Assembly: GCA_030704615.1 (NCBI GenBank)
Contig: CM060732.1
Span: forward strand, 21,204,001 to 21,268,000
Reading direction: 5' to 3'
Length of the DNA stretch: 64,000 nt
DNA from: Takakia lepidozioides
Taxonomy: Eukaryota; Plantae; Bryophyta
A program made the position numbers and the translations under genes. The notes under the pieces were generated by a model. The model saw only the letters and a program-made list of their open reading frames with translations. It had not been told where the DNA came from and searched no databases. How positions within the stretch are numbered: position 1 is the stretch's first letter; every line of letters starts with the position of its first letter. Below, one piece after another: positions 1 to 10,325 of the stretch.

Positions 1-1
1 T

Positions 2-701
2 AACTTGATGCCACCCGCACTGCTCAAGCGTGCATTTGATGGGTGTGCAGCGGCCAGCACATCTCACAGTGGATAGCATTCTGGACACAGGGAGGCAGTC
101 TCAGCGTGTGAGACACGATGACCGTTCGCTTTTGGCAGTGGTCAACAAGGTGGGTCAACCACGAGCAGCATTACCTACACTGCTCAGCTTCCCAGGATCG
201 CATGCTTTCCGGGATAGTGGACCTGGCCTCCTGTGGGATGCTCAGTTGCAGCAGTTAGTGGAGCCTAATGCTGACGAGCGTGAGCGGGCAATGGGTTTTA
301 CCACTGGTACCACGACGGTGTCGTCTCTTTCTGAGGCATCATGTCGTCAAGTGTTGGGGCAAGCAATGGATCTCAATTGCTTGACCTGGATTATCAGCTT
401 GGCTATGGCTGAGCAACGCAAAGTGCGGAGTACACTTCCCTCGATGGTCTCTCTGCCTACTGAGATGGTACAGATAGTGAGTGGGGGCGAGCATGTGAGG
501 ACCATGGGGTGCAAGCATCCATGGCACACGTGGGAGGTGCTCGAGGTTCAGAGGGAGTTGGCAGCCAAGGTGGCGATGAAAGATGAGGTTGGGGATTTTT
601 CTCGGGTGGAGGAGGTCTTCAAGGATGAGATGATGGGGCAGGATGAGGCCTTGTCATTGACTGAGCAAGCAGGGAGTACTGCTCAAGAGGTTGCGGCATA
701 G
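2..701 (+). pseudogene. C-terminal part of a C5 DNA cytosine methyltransferase (DNMT3/DRM-like motifs IX-X) within the retrotransposon polyprotein
   Basis: EPNADERERAMGFTTGTTTVSSLSEASCRQVLGQAMDLNCLTWII (261-~395) matches the spacing of the DNMT3/DRM C-terminus (E-x-E-R-x-x-G-F-x4-T ... R-x-x-x-L-G-x-S/A-x). Frame 2 at the window start reads NLMPP.., as expected just after motif VIII (..FWTNL). Frameshift at ~41 and in-frame TAG at 699-701. Confidence 0.72.
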
Positions 702-865
702 CAACCATGGGACGCGTCCTCTACCTCTAAGTCTGCTGGACTTAAGGTTGCAGTTATGAAGGGCAATTGGGAGCCTGACATTGGACCTATTGTCACTAGA
801 GAAGAGGGACGACGTATACGGCGGTTCCTGAGGCTTACAGGAATTGCTTTGCCTCTCGTGCTACG

Positions 866-2428
866 GTGGAGGAGCATGAGAGACATGTTCAGGTTGTGCA
901 TCGACCGGGTTTGGTCAATAGGGATGTGGATGGATTGAGTCGCAATCCATGCACGAGCCAGCAGGATGACACTGGAGCTCGGTTGCATGGTGAAACGGAC
1001 GAGGAGATGGTGTCGGGATGGCATGCATCTGCCTTTTTGTGTATCTTGGCATCGGAAGGTCGGGTTGGACCTACAACAGGGATGACTGTAGACGGAGTGT
1101 CTGAGGACCCTGAGGCTAGTGATGAGCCAGGTGGTGCCAGAGATATACATGAGGATTCGGTTGTGTTGGACTACCTCCGCACTAGAGACACAGCAGCTAG
1201 TGTGACTGCCAAGGAGAGGGATCGGATCCTACAACGAGCCAAGAGGTTCAAGTGGGAGGGGATACACCTACTTCGAGTGTGGGAGGATGGTTGGGTGAGG
1301 ATTGTGCCTCACCCCACACAGCGTGCACGGTTAGTGCGGCATGCCCATAAGGAGTTGGGGCATTTTGGAGTGCGACGCACTCACAGTTTACTGCAAGGGC
1401 AATATTGGTGGCGTGGTATGCATACAGAGGTGCAACAGTTCGTGGCTAGGTGCATGGTGTGTGACAGGGTGCGTGCTTCATTCAACACCCCTACACCACA
1501 GTTGCATCATTTACCAATCATGGGATTGGGCTACAGGTGGAGTCTTGACTTTGCAGGACCGTTGCCACTGACTATGCGCCACCACAGATATGTGTTGGTG
1601 ATGGTGGAGCACTTCTCCAAGTGGATTGAGTTGGTTCCATTGCTTGACAAGGCTAGTGAGGGGGCTGTGTATGCATTCTTGGATCGTGTGCTTAGCCGAT
1701 TTGGTGCTCCAGCTGAGGTACTCACGGACCAAGGGAGAGAGTTCTTGGGGGAGTTTCAGGCTTTGTGTGATAAAGCCTTGATAGACCACCGCACCACTTC
1801 TCGGGATCATCCTGAGGCCGATGGCTTAGCAGAGAGAGTTGTTCAGATGGTGAAGAGGGGTTTGCGCAAGTATGGCTTGCAGAAGGGACACCTAGGAGAT
1901 TGGGATCTTCAAGTTCCTTGGTTAGCCATGGGCTACAGGTTCAGCAAACAAGCATCACTTGCCTCCTTCTCACCATATTTCCTTCTCTTTGGCCGAGAGC
2001 CGGATTTGCCTGCAGCCATTCGTAGGGACACTGCTCAAGTCCTTAACCTTGACGATCCGGACGTGTGGGTACGTGCATGTGATCAGCGTGTAGAGTTGTT
2101 CAAGAAAGTCATGCCCATGGCTTTTGAGAACCTTGCCATTGCACAGCACCGTGATACGTTGAGGTATGCCACTATACGTGGTGGAGGATATCGTCCTGGG
2201 GTTCGGAGGTTTAGCCCTGGTGACTATGTTTACTGGCTCTACGACTCTGATGTTACTGCAGGGCGTGTTATTCTGAGGGTTCGAGAGGCGTTGCCCTCAG
2301 GGGTCCTGATCTTGGAGGGTCGGGATGGCATGACTTGGAAGGACCATGTGCGTAATTGTGCACCATGTCACCTTCCCATGTCGATGACAGAGTTGACCCA
2401 AACTTGGCAGTGGTACCTGCAGGTTTGA
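866..2428 (+). CDS. Retrotransposon pol remnant: RNaseH C-terminus plus integrase
   Basis: HAHKELGHFG..CMVC zinc finger, WSLDFAGPL, EVLTDQGREF, HPEADGLAERVV, FSPYFLLFGREP. Confidence 0.93.
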   Translation: MEEHERHVQVVHRPGLVNRDVDGLSRNPCTSQQDDTGARLHGETDEEMVSGWHASAFLCILASEGRVGPTTGMTVDGVSEDPEASDEPGGARDIHEDSVVLDYLRTRDTAASVTAKERDRILQRAKRFKWEGIHLLRVWEDGWVRIVPHPTQRARLVRHAHKELGHFGVRRTHSLLQGQYWWRGMHTEVQQFVARCMVCDRVRASFNTPTPQLHHLPIMGLGYRWSLDFAGPLPLTMRHHRYVLVMVEHFSKWIELVPLLDKASEGAVYAFLDRVLSRFGAPAEVLTDQGREFLGEFQALCDKALIDHRTTSRDHPEADGLAERVVQMVKRGLRKYGLQKGHLGDWDLQVPWLAMGYRFSKQASLASFSPYFLLFGREPDLPAAIRRDTAQVLNLDDPDVWVRACDQRVELFKKVMPMAFENLAIAQHRDTLRYATIRGGGYRPGVRRFSPGDYVYWLYDSDVTAGRVILRVREALPSGVLILEGRDGMTWKDHVRNCAPCHLPMSMTELTQTWQWYLQV

Positions 2429-2574
2429 GGTGCATGCTCTGTGGGTCTGCCAAAGGGGCAGCCACCATGCTGGTGTGTGATCGATGCTCAAGGGGTTGGC
2501 ATATGGGATGCTTGACACCACCTCTTGAGAAGGTTCCTGACGGAGATTGGTTGTGTCCACACTGCTTGGGATAG
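2356..2574 (+). CDS. PHD finger (C4HC3) at the integrase C-terminus, separated by a 1-nt frameshift near 2378
   Basis: CMLC..MLVCDRCSRGWHMGCLTPPLEKVPDGDWLCPHC. Restoring one C in CACCTTCCC(C)ATGTC joins CAPCHLP to HVDDRVDP. Confidence 0.9.
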   Translation: MCTMSPSHVDDRVDPNLAVVPAGLRCMLCGSAKGAATMLVCDRCSRGWHMGCLTPPLEKVPDGDWLCPHCLG

Positions 2575-2831
2575 TGGCAGTGGACATGACTGGAGGCAGC
2601 TAACAAGACATGGGGCCAAGCTCATAGGAGTCAATACATGAGATCCCAAGCTCAAGTTCATAGGTTGCAAGACGGCGACTAATGATGGGGCAACTCTTGC
2701 ACCCGGCCTCTGATCTATCGAGTTTGAGTGTAGTAGGGATAGTGGTGGAGGACTTAGTGAGGCTATGGTCACTATCACATCTTGTGGCTACCTGGACTTA
2801 GAGGGACCTAAGCACCAGCTAGGGGGGCGAT

Positions 2832-4030
2832 TGTGTGGACTTGACTGCCATAGTGGGTAGCAGTGGCAGCCTAGTGACTGATTAGTTGTAGCCTAGTGGT
2901 TGGACTAGTGGCTGGACTAGTGGTGGACTAGTGGTATACTAGGTGTGGTATTGCAAAGTGTTGTGTGGTTTGGACAGCGATAGTAGTTGGTTAGCAAGAT
3001 GTATGCGCACGACAGCCGAAGTTATTTTACCACTAGTGTGAAACTAGCTAGGAAAAGCTCGTTTTTACATATTGACATTGGGATTGGACCAAGTGTCAAT
3101 CCGGGGCAAGGCCGATTTGGCCCTGGCTGAGTGGTATCTTTACGGCAAGCGCGGAGGACTCATCTTTCTCCGAGTTGAGCCTCACCGCGCCTAGCTTATG
3201 GCGCCGTAGTGTGGATACCCATGGCGTGGGGTGCACTTGGTTGACTTGTATTTGAGTGATGAGGTTATATATGCATGAGTTTATGCTTCAGCTTTGTGAG
3301 CTCGCCTGAGCTTGTGCTTGTATTCTTCGTCTTTATCTATTGTGTGGACTAGTGACTGCCATTAGTGGGACAGCATAGTGGCAGCCTAGTGACTGACTAG
3401 GTGTAGCCTAATGGTTGGACTAGTGTGGGGACTAGTGGTTATACTCGTGGTGGTGTGCACATGTGTTGTGTGGTTTTGGACAACGATGTAGTTGTGTAGC
3501 GATATATATGCGCACGACAAATATTTCTGCTGCACGTCGTTGGTGGGATGGTAAAGAAAATGTGAGAAAAATGGAGGATATTGGTGTCAGAAAGAAGCCA
3601 GTGTACCACTGCATTAAGTTTGACAACTAGGTTGTTGATGACACATTACATCCACCAAGGAGGGAGATCCATAATGGGGTGAGTAGATTTGGGGAGATGA
3701 AGGATGATGTCTGCCAAGACACTGTAAGCAGGTAAGTAAAAGAAATTTCTTCATAGCCACCACAGGTAGAAGCTGGCATTGCTTTTGGACTGCGCACCAC
3801 ACCCCCTGGATGACTTTTCCGGTCATCAAGGACCTTGGCGTGTGTTGTGACGGCCACATAGCCACCAAGTTGCAACCCCCTAAAGAACTTTCAGCTTTTT
3901 CCCTCAAAGGAAACCAATGACTTAAACCTGTGAATCTACACACCAGCCTGGCGGGTAGATTATAGGATCATGTAACTCACTGGCTAACCTGGCGCGTGCA
4001 TTGCAGCGTTTCCTGTGCGTTCTTCACGCA
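2832..4030 (+). repeat. Putative 3' LTR with an internal duplication (2832-3014 repeated at 3341-3519)
   Basis: Starts TGTGTGGAC immediately after the PPT. Candidate end CTTCACGCA at 4030 is only an imperfect inverted match to the start. Confidence 0.55.
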
Positions 4031-5023
4031 CGGTAAGCCTCATTGTGTCGGGGATTACCTACACTCGCCCCGCCACTCGGCTACCGCCTCATGGTTGGGC
4101 TCATTTCGGTAATCCCCTCCACTCGAGGTTTTATCCTACACTGTCACCACTTCAAGATTAGATTTTCTCTTGTGGGGGTTGTTGGCGAAAGAAGCGTCAT
4201 GCATGAAACTAGAGGGAAGAAAGCTCATACGATTCACTATGTTTGTAAGCGAGTAAGAAACATGTGTTTGTCACTGCATGCACCAGTCTGTACTGTACGA
4301 ACTGCCCATGGTGGTGAGTATACCTGAGGGCAGCAGCAAGTAGTGGAAAACCTGAAGACAAGGGGCAATCCTGGAATGGGTGGATTGGAAGCTTCCACCA
4401 CAAAGGGTTGAACAACAGGGTGCTCAAGACTTAAGAAGGCTAGGTGAGGACAATTTTCTTTGGATTGACTGCGGAGGGCCTGGGGTACATGCTGAGGCAG
4501 GAGGCTTCATGTTGATTATTTCGAATTTCATCCTCTAGTTTTTCACCTGAGAGGAAGGAGTGGAGGGTTATGTAGTTGTAACCATGTCCCATAGCCCACC
4601 TAGAGCACGCACTTCAGAGTCAGTCTAAGTGAGCATTTTCAGATAAGAATGAAGAGCAACTGTATTATTGGCGAGTGTAATAACAGTTGAGATAGGTTCT
4701 ATGAGTAACCAGATCCAATATTGCCAGTGAATGTTACTGGCCCAAACCATTTTTCCCATTTTCTTCATCATTGGTGATTTTTAAAAGTAACAGTTTTCTA
4801 TACCGAGCAAAACCAGCTGTGGCAAGCTTCACCTGGAATAATGCATTATGTGAGCTTGGTATATAGAGATCACAAAGTAAAGTGAAAAAAGGGAACACAC
4901 TAGACATAGGATAGGAGTTGAATGCTCTATACGGTCACCAGGGCGAGTCCGGAGACTCGCCGGCTTTGACGGTCCCGTAGTCAAAATCCCCACCCCTCGG
5001 CCTCACCCTTGTGCCTATATTTA

Positions 5024-5215
5024 TTCTAGTGACAACAAAGGTTGGAGACTAGTTTTAGCATAGAGCGGGAATAGGGTGCCATAGTGTCATGTCATCATTT
5101 CCACGTCATCGCCATCATGCCACGTCGTCGTCGTCAGCCAGATCATCGTCATCATCGTCATCAATTTTTTAATCTGCCCGAACTGCCCCAAAAAAACTAA
5201 ATTTTCAAACTGTTT
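5024..5215 (-). repeat. Dispersed repeat end, an inverted relative of 58480-58711
   Basis: TTCTAGTGACAACAAAGGTTGGAGACTAGTTTTAGCATAGAGCGGGAATAGGGTGCC matches the reverse complement of 58650-58711. Confidence 0.6.
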
Positions 5216-5249
5216 CTGAACGGATTTCCATGGAGGTTTCAATATTTAG

Positions 5250-6240
5250 ACATATTATGTCCACATTATTCAAAGTGGATTTCATCCAAACATCTTCCTA
5301 CTCAACACCCTTGTTACCATGTATGCCAAATGTGGGAGCTTGAAAGCTGCATGTCAAGTGTTTGGCAAAATGTCTGATTGCAATGTGGTCTCATGGAGTG
5401 CAATGATCGCAGGATATGCAAAGTATGGGAGTCCTAAGTAGAGAAGCTTTTGGCCTCTATGAACAAATGAAACATGAAGGCCGGTTGAAGCCAAATGATA
5501 TAACTTTTCTATGTATCATGTTTGCATGTCATGTTGGCCTTGTGGATGAAAGGAGACACTACTGGGATTCTCTTAGTCGAGATTATGGCTTCACACTCCT
5601 ACAAATGAGCATTTTAGCTGCATGTTGGACCTTCTAAGGCTTGCAAGGCACCTGGAAGAAGTAAAGGACCTCATTAACAAAATGCCAACTGAATGAGATG
5701 ATGTGGTTTGGAAGGCCTTGTTTGGTGCCTACAGAATTCATGGCAATGTGGAGTTGGCAGAACGTGCAGCAACATGGATTCTCAAGTGGGATCAACATGA
5801 TGTTGCAAATGTTGTCCAACATCTATGCTGCAGCTGACAAGGGGGACGATACGGCAAAAGTACGAAAAATGATGAAGGTGAGAGGTGTGTAGAAGGAGCC
5901 AGGGCCCAGGTCGCAGCTGCATTGAGGTCAACAACGAGGTGCATATATTCATAATAGATGACAAAATGCATCCACAGATTGAGGAAATCCATGTTGCGTT
6001 GTAAAGACTGTCCAAGCAGATGAAGGAGGCTGGGTATTTGCCTGACACGAGTTTTGTATTGGTTAATGGAGAAGGAGCAAAATGAATCTTCTCTCTGCCT
6101 CCATAGTGAGAAACTGCCATTGCTTTTGGGCTAATTAGTACATCCCTTGGGACGCCTCTCTGTCTCATCAAGATATTTGCGTATGGTTGACGCACCAACA
6201 TTGAATAGATCTGCCATTATGGTTAGGGAAATACCATGTG
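5250..6240 (+). pseudogene. PLS-E-DYW pentatricopeptide repeat (RNA editing factor) pseudogene
   Basis: HIIQSGFHPNIFLLNTLVTMYAKCGSL, VVSWSAMIAGYA, WKALFGAYRIHGNVELAE, PG-box-like KEPG, MKEAGYLPDT, HSEKL(A)IAFGLIST; many stops and frameshifts. Confidence 0.88.
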
Positions 6241-7189
6241 CAAAGCTAGAGGACAACTGCTACAATTTTTTGGATCTGTAGTTGTGGTCTTACTTAGCAG
6301 TGGACTTAACCCCTAATGGATGAGGCTGTTTTTGGTGGGCCCACGCCAAAACAGCACATACCCTCACGGATGAGGGTATATCTCCCAGCTAAGAACATCC
6401 ACAGGGATGAACCGTATGAAAAGGACGCTACCTACCTCATGCACCTGCTGTAAGACTTTCAGCCCATTTCACCGTGTCATTAGGAAGATTATAACAAAAT
6501 GGTAAGCTCTAAATCTGTAGTGTATTCCAATTTTAGAGGGAAAAATTGGTTTGACCAGGCAGTTGGACCGAAAAAATATTTTTTCCTCGCAAGACCCCAA
6601 CCACATTCCAATTCTCAGGCACCTAAAGCAACTTGCCCCAAATTTGCAAAGCAAAATTCCAAAATCTGCATAGGGTTCCTTTGCATGGGAAAACAGGGGG
6701 GTCAAAAAGCACTATTTGCTTCAATTGACCTCTAATTCAGCCATAGGGGCGAATTTTCATTGGAACCAGAATTCCAACGGTGGAATTGTTCCTCCTATGA
6801 TTTCCTACTACCTCCAAAAAGAATTTCTGAATTCTAACCAAAATGTAGGCAGAGATTTCTAAGTAGGTGTATTTCTACTTGAATCCCAGCTCAGGCCATG
6901 TATTGCCTGAGCCGGTAGACAATTCCAGCTACAAAAAGGGGGCTACGTCACCGATTGACACAGAAAACTCGGGGGACCCCAAAATCGACACCCAAAAAAG
7001 GGCCCGGAAACGCCCGACGTTTCGGCGTTCCACCCGACAGGCAATTGAAAAACTAACAACTACCAACCGTCACGAATGTGGCCCATCTGTGTTCAAGCTC
7101 CCCGTGAGCTCCTGCGTTTTCCTTTGAATGCAGCGAACCCAAACCACACACCACCCCGAAGACATGATCCACAAACTGGGGGAGTTGAA

Positions 7190-7275
7190 CCCCTCGATCT
7201 GCCCATTGTGCTAGCGCCCCCCCCCCCAAGCAAGCGAACACCCCAAAACCACAACCAGCAAGCATGCCTGCTGCC

Positions 7276-7322
<47 letters not shown>

Positions 7323-7770
7323 ACTGTGAAACCACCCAAACACAACGCACACACGCCAACACTGAAGGACCCCCATCACCTCCACAGCCCCTCAACCAGC
7401 AGCAGCAGATCCCCATCACCCCCACAGCCTGTGAACCATCACCAGCCCTTCCCCCATCACCAAAACAGCCCACAATGAGCAAGCAGCAGATCCCCATGAC
7501 CCCCCACTCCCAAAACTGCCCATCAACCAGCAGCAGCATGACCCCCACACCCCTCCACTTGAACCGTCACCACCAGCCCCCCACGACCCCCACTGCCCAT
7601 CAACCAGCATGGACACACACAACCCCCTAACCTGAGAAGAACCCATACCCACCACAGATCAGAGATACCCACACCCCACGCCCCACGCACACACGCCATC
7701 CACAGCCTCCAGCATACCTGCATGCAGTCCCACACCCCGGTGTACCCCGGTGAACCCCCACCCACACAAA
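7190..7770. repeat. C-rich low-complexity tract with a ~44-nt poly-C run and CAGCAGATCCCCATCACCCCCA-type repeats
   Basis: Read directly; poly-C at about 7277-7320. Confidence 0.85.
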
Positions 7771-7818
7771 CATATGCACACACAAAGAAAGAAGACAGTG
7801 CAGCAAGCCATAATTCAG

Positions 7819-8742
7819 TCACCTCAAGGCATGCCGGTGTGCCTTGTCAACAAGATGCAAACAACAGAGTATGGCCTCATACCTATCTCGAGTCATCACT
7901 TTGCGAATGACAGAACAAGCAAAGAATGTCTCCGAGTGTTGCCAGTAAAATCGTGTTCGGGGCAACTTTTTCATGCCCATGAAGACACAGACTCCAATCC
8001 AAGCCCTGAGCTCAGGAACAATGAGCTCTTTCCACCGAGGCCCCCCACGAGTGCCCGTACCGAAAGGTTCAGCAGCATAACGATTGGACTCCCTACATAT
8101 TCGCCCAAGCACCTGTCGCCTCCAAAACAAACCAAAAAACCAAATCGGATGTGAGCCCTTCATCTCAGGCAGGCAGGGACCAGGTTGAGGGCCAAAAAAT
8201 GTAGCTCTATCACTCACAAAGTCAGAGCCTGCGTTGGTTTCCCACGTCTTCGCCTTGAACATCTCCACAAAATCGGCCGAGATTTCCTCATCACACTCCA
8301 TATCAACCACCTCGTTTTCCTAGTCTGCTTCGTCAGCAGAGTCGCCCATGTACCCATCGTCACCCTCAAAATCCTCGTCCATGTCGGAGGAGGCCTCATC
8401 GTGGCCCAAAACAGGATTAGAAGACCCCTCACCAAAAAGAACCAGTGCACCAGTGTTGGGATGCATGTCCCCCAAAGCAGCCCGACCGATGGCAAGCATG
8501 CTCCCAGCACCCAGAGGCCCGCCAACACATCCCACAACACCCGAATTCACCACTCCCTTATTTTTTTTCCTCACCACACCTTTGCTGTCACACTTGTAGG
8601 AACCGACCTCTTTGCCCGAGCCAACTCCTTCAGACGCCTGACTGTCGGCATCGGGCCAGATATCATCTCTCAAAACAGAATTCACAGTGAACCCCTCCTT
8701 ATCACCTTCCTCTCTTCTCTCTCTCCAACCAAGAACTAGAGC
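7819..8742 (-). pseudogene. piggyBac transposase N-terminal part (DDE_Tnp_1_7-like)
   Basis: Acidic N-terminus, then FFGLFWRRQVLGRICRESNRYA..WKELIVPELRAWIGVCVFMG..YW..IRKVMTRDRYEAILCCLHLVD. In-frame stop at 8320-8322; the catalytic DDD region is absent. Confidence 0.85.
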
Positions 8743-10325
8743 CATCTGGCGTCTAAACAAAAAGCGAAAATTGTGAGGACGAGGGTGGCGAGGCCAACGA
8801 TTGGCGAACGGCAGTGGAGGCAAACTACAGAGGAAGGCATGAGACAGACACCCCAATATTACCTTTGCACTGCTCGGGAGTGCAGTGCTGCTCCTCAAGC
8901 GCCCACATAACCTCCGCGGCAGCTGCAAGCTAGGGTGGGGGCGACGGTGGCTCAGGCACAGGAGCGTTCTTCCTCTTTGGTGCCATACGAATCCCTGAGA
9001 CCGACAGAGATCACATGAAATGAATGCAAGCCTCACGATGAATCAATGCAGCATGCCAACCCTGCATGCACCCGATCGCTGGCATCGGGCCACCGATGCC
9101 CATTTTGCCTGCCACGTGGCTAGGTCAAAGCCCGTGGAGGGCCAGAAACCATTGGATTTTGGGTGCTCATCATCACTTCAAAAAATCCTGACGGTGCAAG
9201 ATTTGTCCAATTAGGGTGTAATAAATTCTGTCCGGCGCAAAATCTCAAGGGCTACAACTTTCGTTCAGGGCCCATCTTCATCCAGATTCATCCAAGGGGC
9301 CCACCGACGGTCGAAATATCCAATCGAATCAGGTCGACTCGTCCATTAGGGGTTAACAAATGACGTAAGCTTATCAACCAAATTGTTGAAAGCCTCATAT
9401 GTCATTCTATAATTCCGTAGAAATTTCCTTATCTCTGACCTCATGGATAATGTGCCAAATTTGTGCTTCTATGAACGCCTAGTGCGTTCATTGTCTTGGC
9501 TCCTTCCACCATATGCATGGAGGCCTTATCTTCTTTCGACAAATTGGGAAGTATGGATATCCAAGTGACTATCCAGTGACTGCTCCGTCTCTCTCAAAAT
9601 AAGTCTTGCTTTTGATTTGACTATCAAACAATTCCCTAAGCTCAGAGACATAAGCATCCATAGCAACATAATGACCTTGCCGATGAACAGCATATGCTAC
9701 CCTCATGTGGAATTTTCAATATGTAATCTGTAACGAGTGGCAAAGATTATGAAACTCTTTCATTCAGACCTGGTTTAAAGCTCCCTCATGTAAATGATGA
9801 AACCTTGTAAGACTTTATTTACAACATGTACAATGGGTGAACGTTCATATGATGTGAAGTTCCCAAAAGTGGGGGGGGGGGGGAGGAACAAGAAACAAGA
9901 GAAGAAAACAAAAAGCTATAGTGAGCAAGCTACTCATGTAAAGCTTTCCACTAAGAGGAGTACTGGCGTGTGTGAGGAGGTCGAGAGGAGAGAGACGACC
10001 GAGTTGGCTACTGTGAATTCTTGCCAGAGTTCACCCAGCGGATGAGTCCCTCATGTGCGTAGTACTAGCGTTTGGAAGCCACATAGAATCGAGTGAAGAG
10101 AGAGGGAATAGAGAAACCCACAAATTGGTATGTGGATAGAGAGTGAAAGGAATGTACTCATAAGACGTTGTTTGCCGAAGCCTTGTGGCCTTATGGACAG
10201 AGTGAAAGGGAGCGATTTAGAGAAAAATGTGATGTTAGAGTGAGGGAAAGGTCAACGATGCTTTTGCCATCGGTCGATCCAGTGCCTGCTAAAGACTGGG
10301 TCTGAGGAGATACAGGTTAAGGATT

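Larger units (their letters stand above)
1..4030 (+). mobile_element. Ty3/gypsy LTR retrotransposon, 3' part (DNMT-like domain, deleted RT/RNaseH, integrase, PHD, PPT, 3' LTR); degenerate
   Basis: RNaseH end VVHRPGLVNRDVDGLSRNP, integrase HHCC and D,D35E core, polypurine tract AGGGGGG at 2821-2827 followed by TG at 2832. The element runs off the left edge and its right boundary is uncertain. Confidence 0.88.
6310..9352 (-). mobile_element. piggyBac-superfamily DNA transposon, internally deleted
   Basis: TTAA at 6306-6309 and 9353-9356. 15-bp TIR CCCCTAATGGATGAG / CTCGTCCATTAGGGG (14/15). Contains a transposase remnant. Confidence 0.9.

Noticed and set aside
7053-7655. Pro-rich or Gly-rich ORFs (extensin/formin-like)
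   Set aside because: These are by-products of the poly-C tract inside the piggyBac element and are open in several frames.
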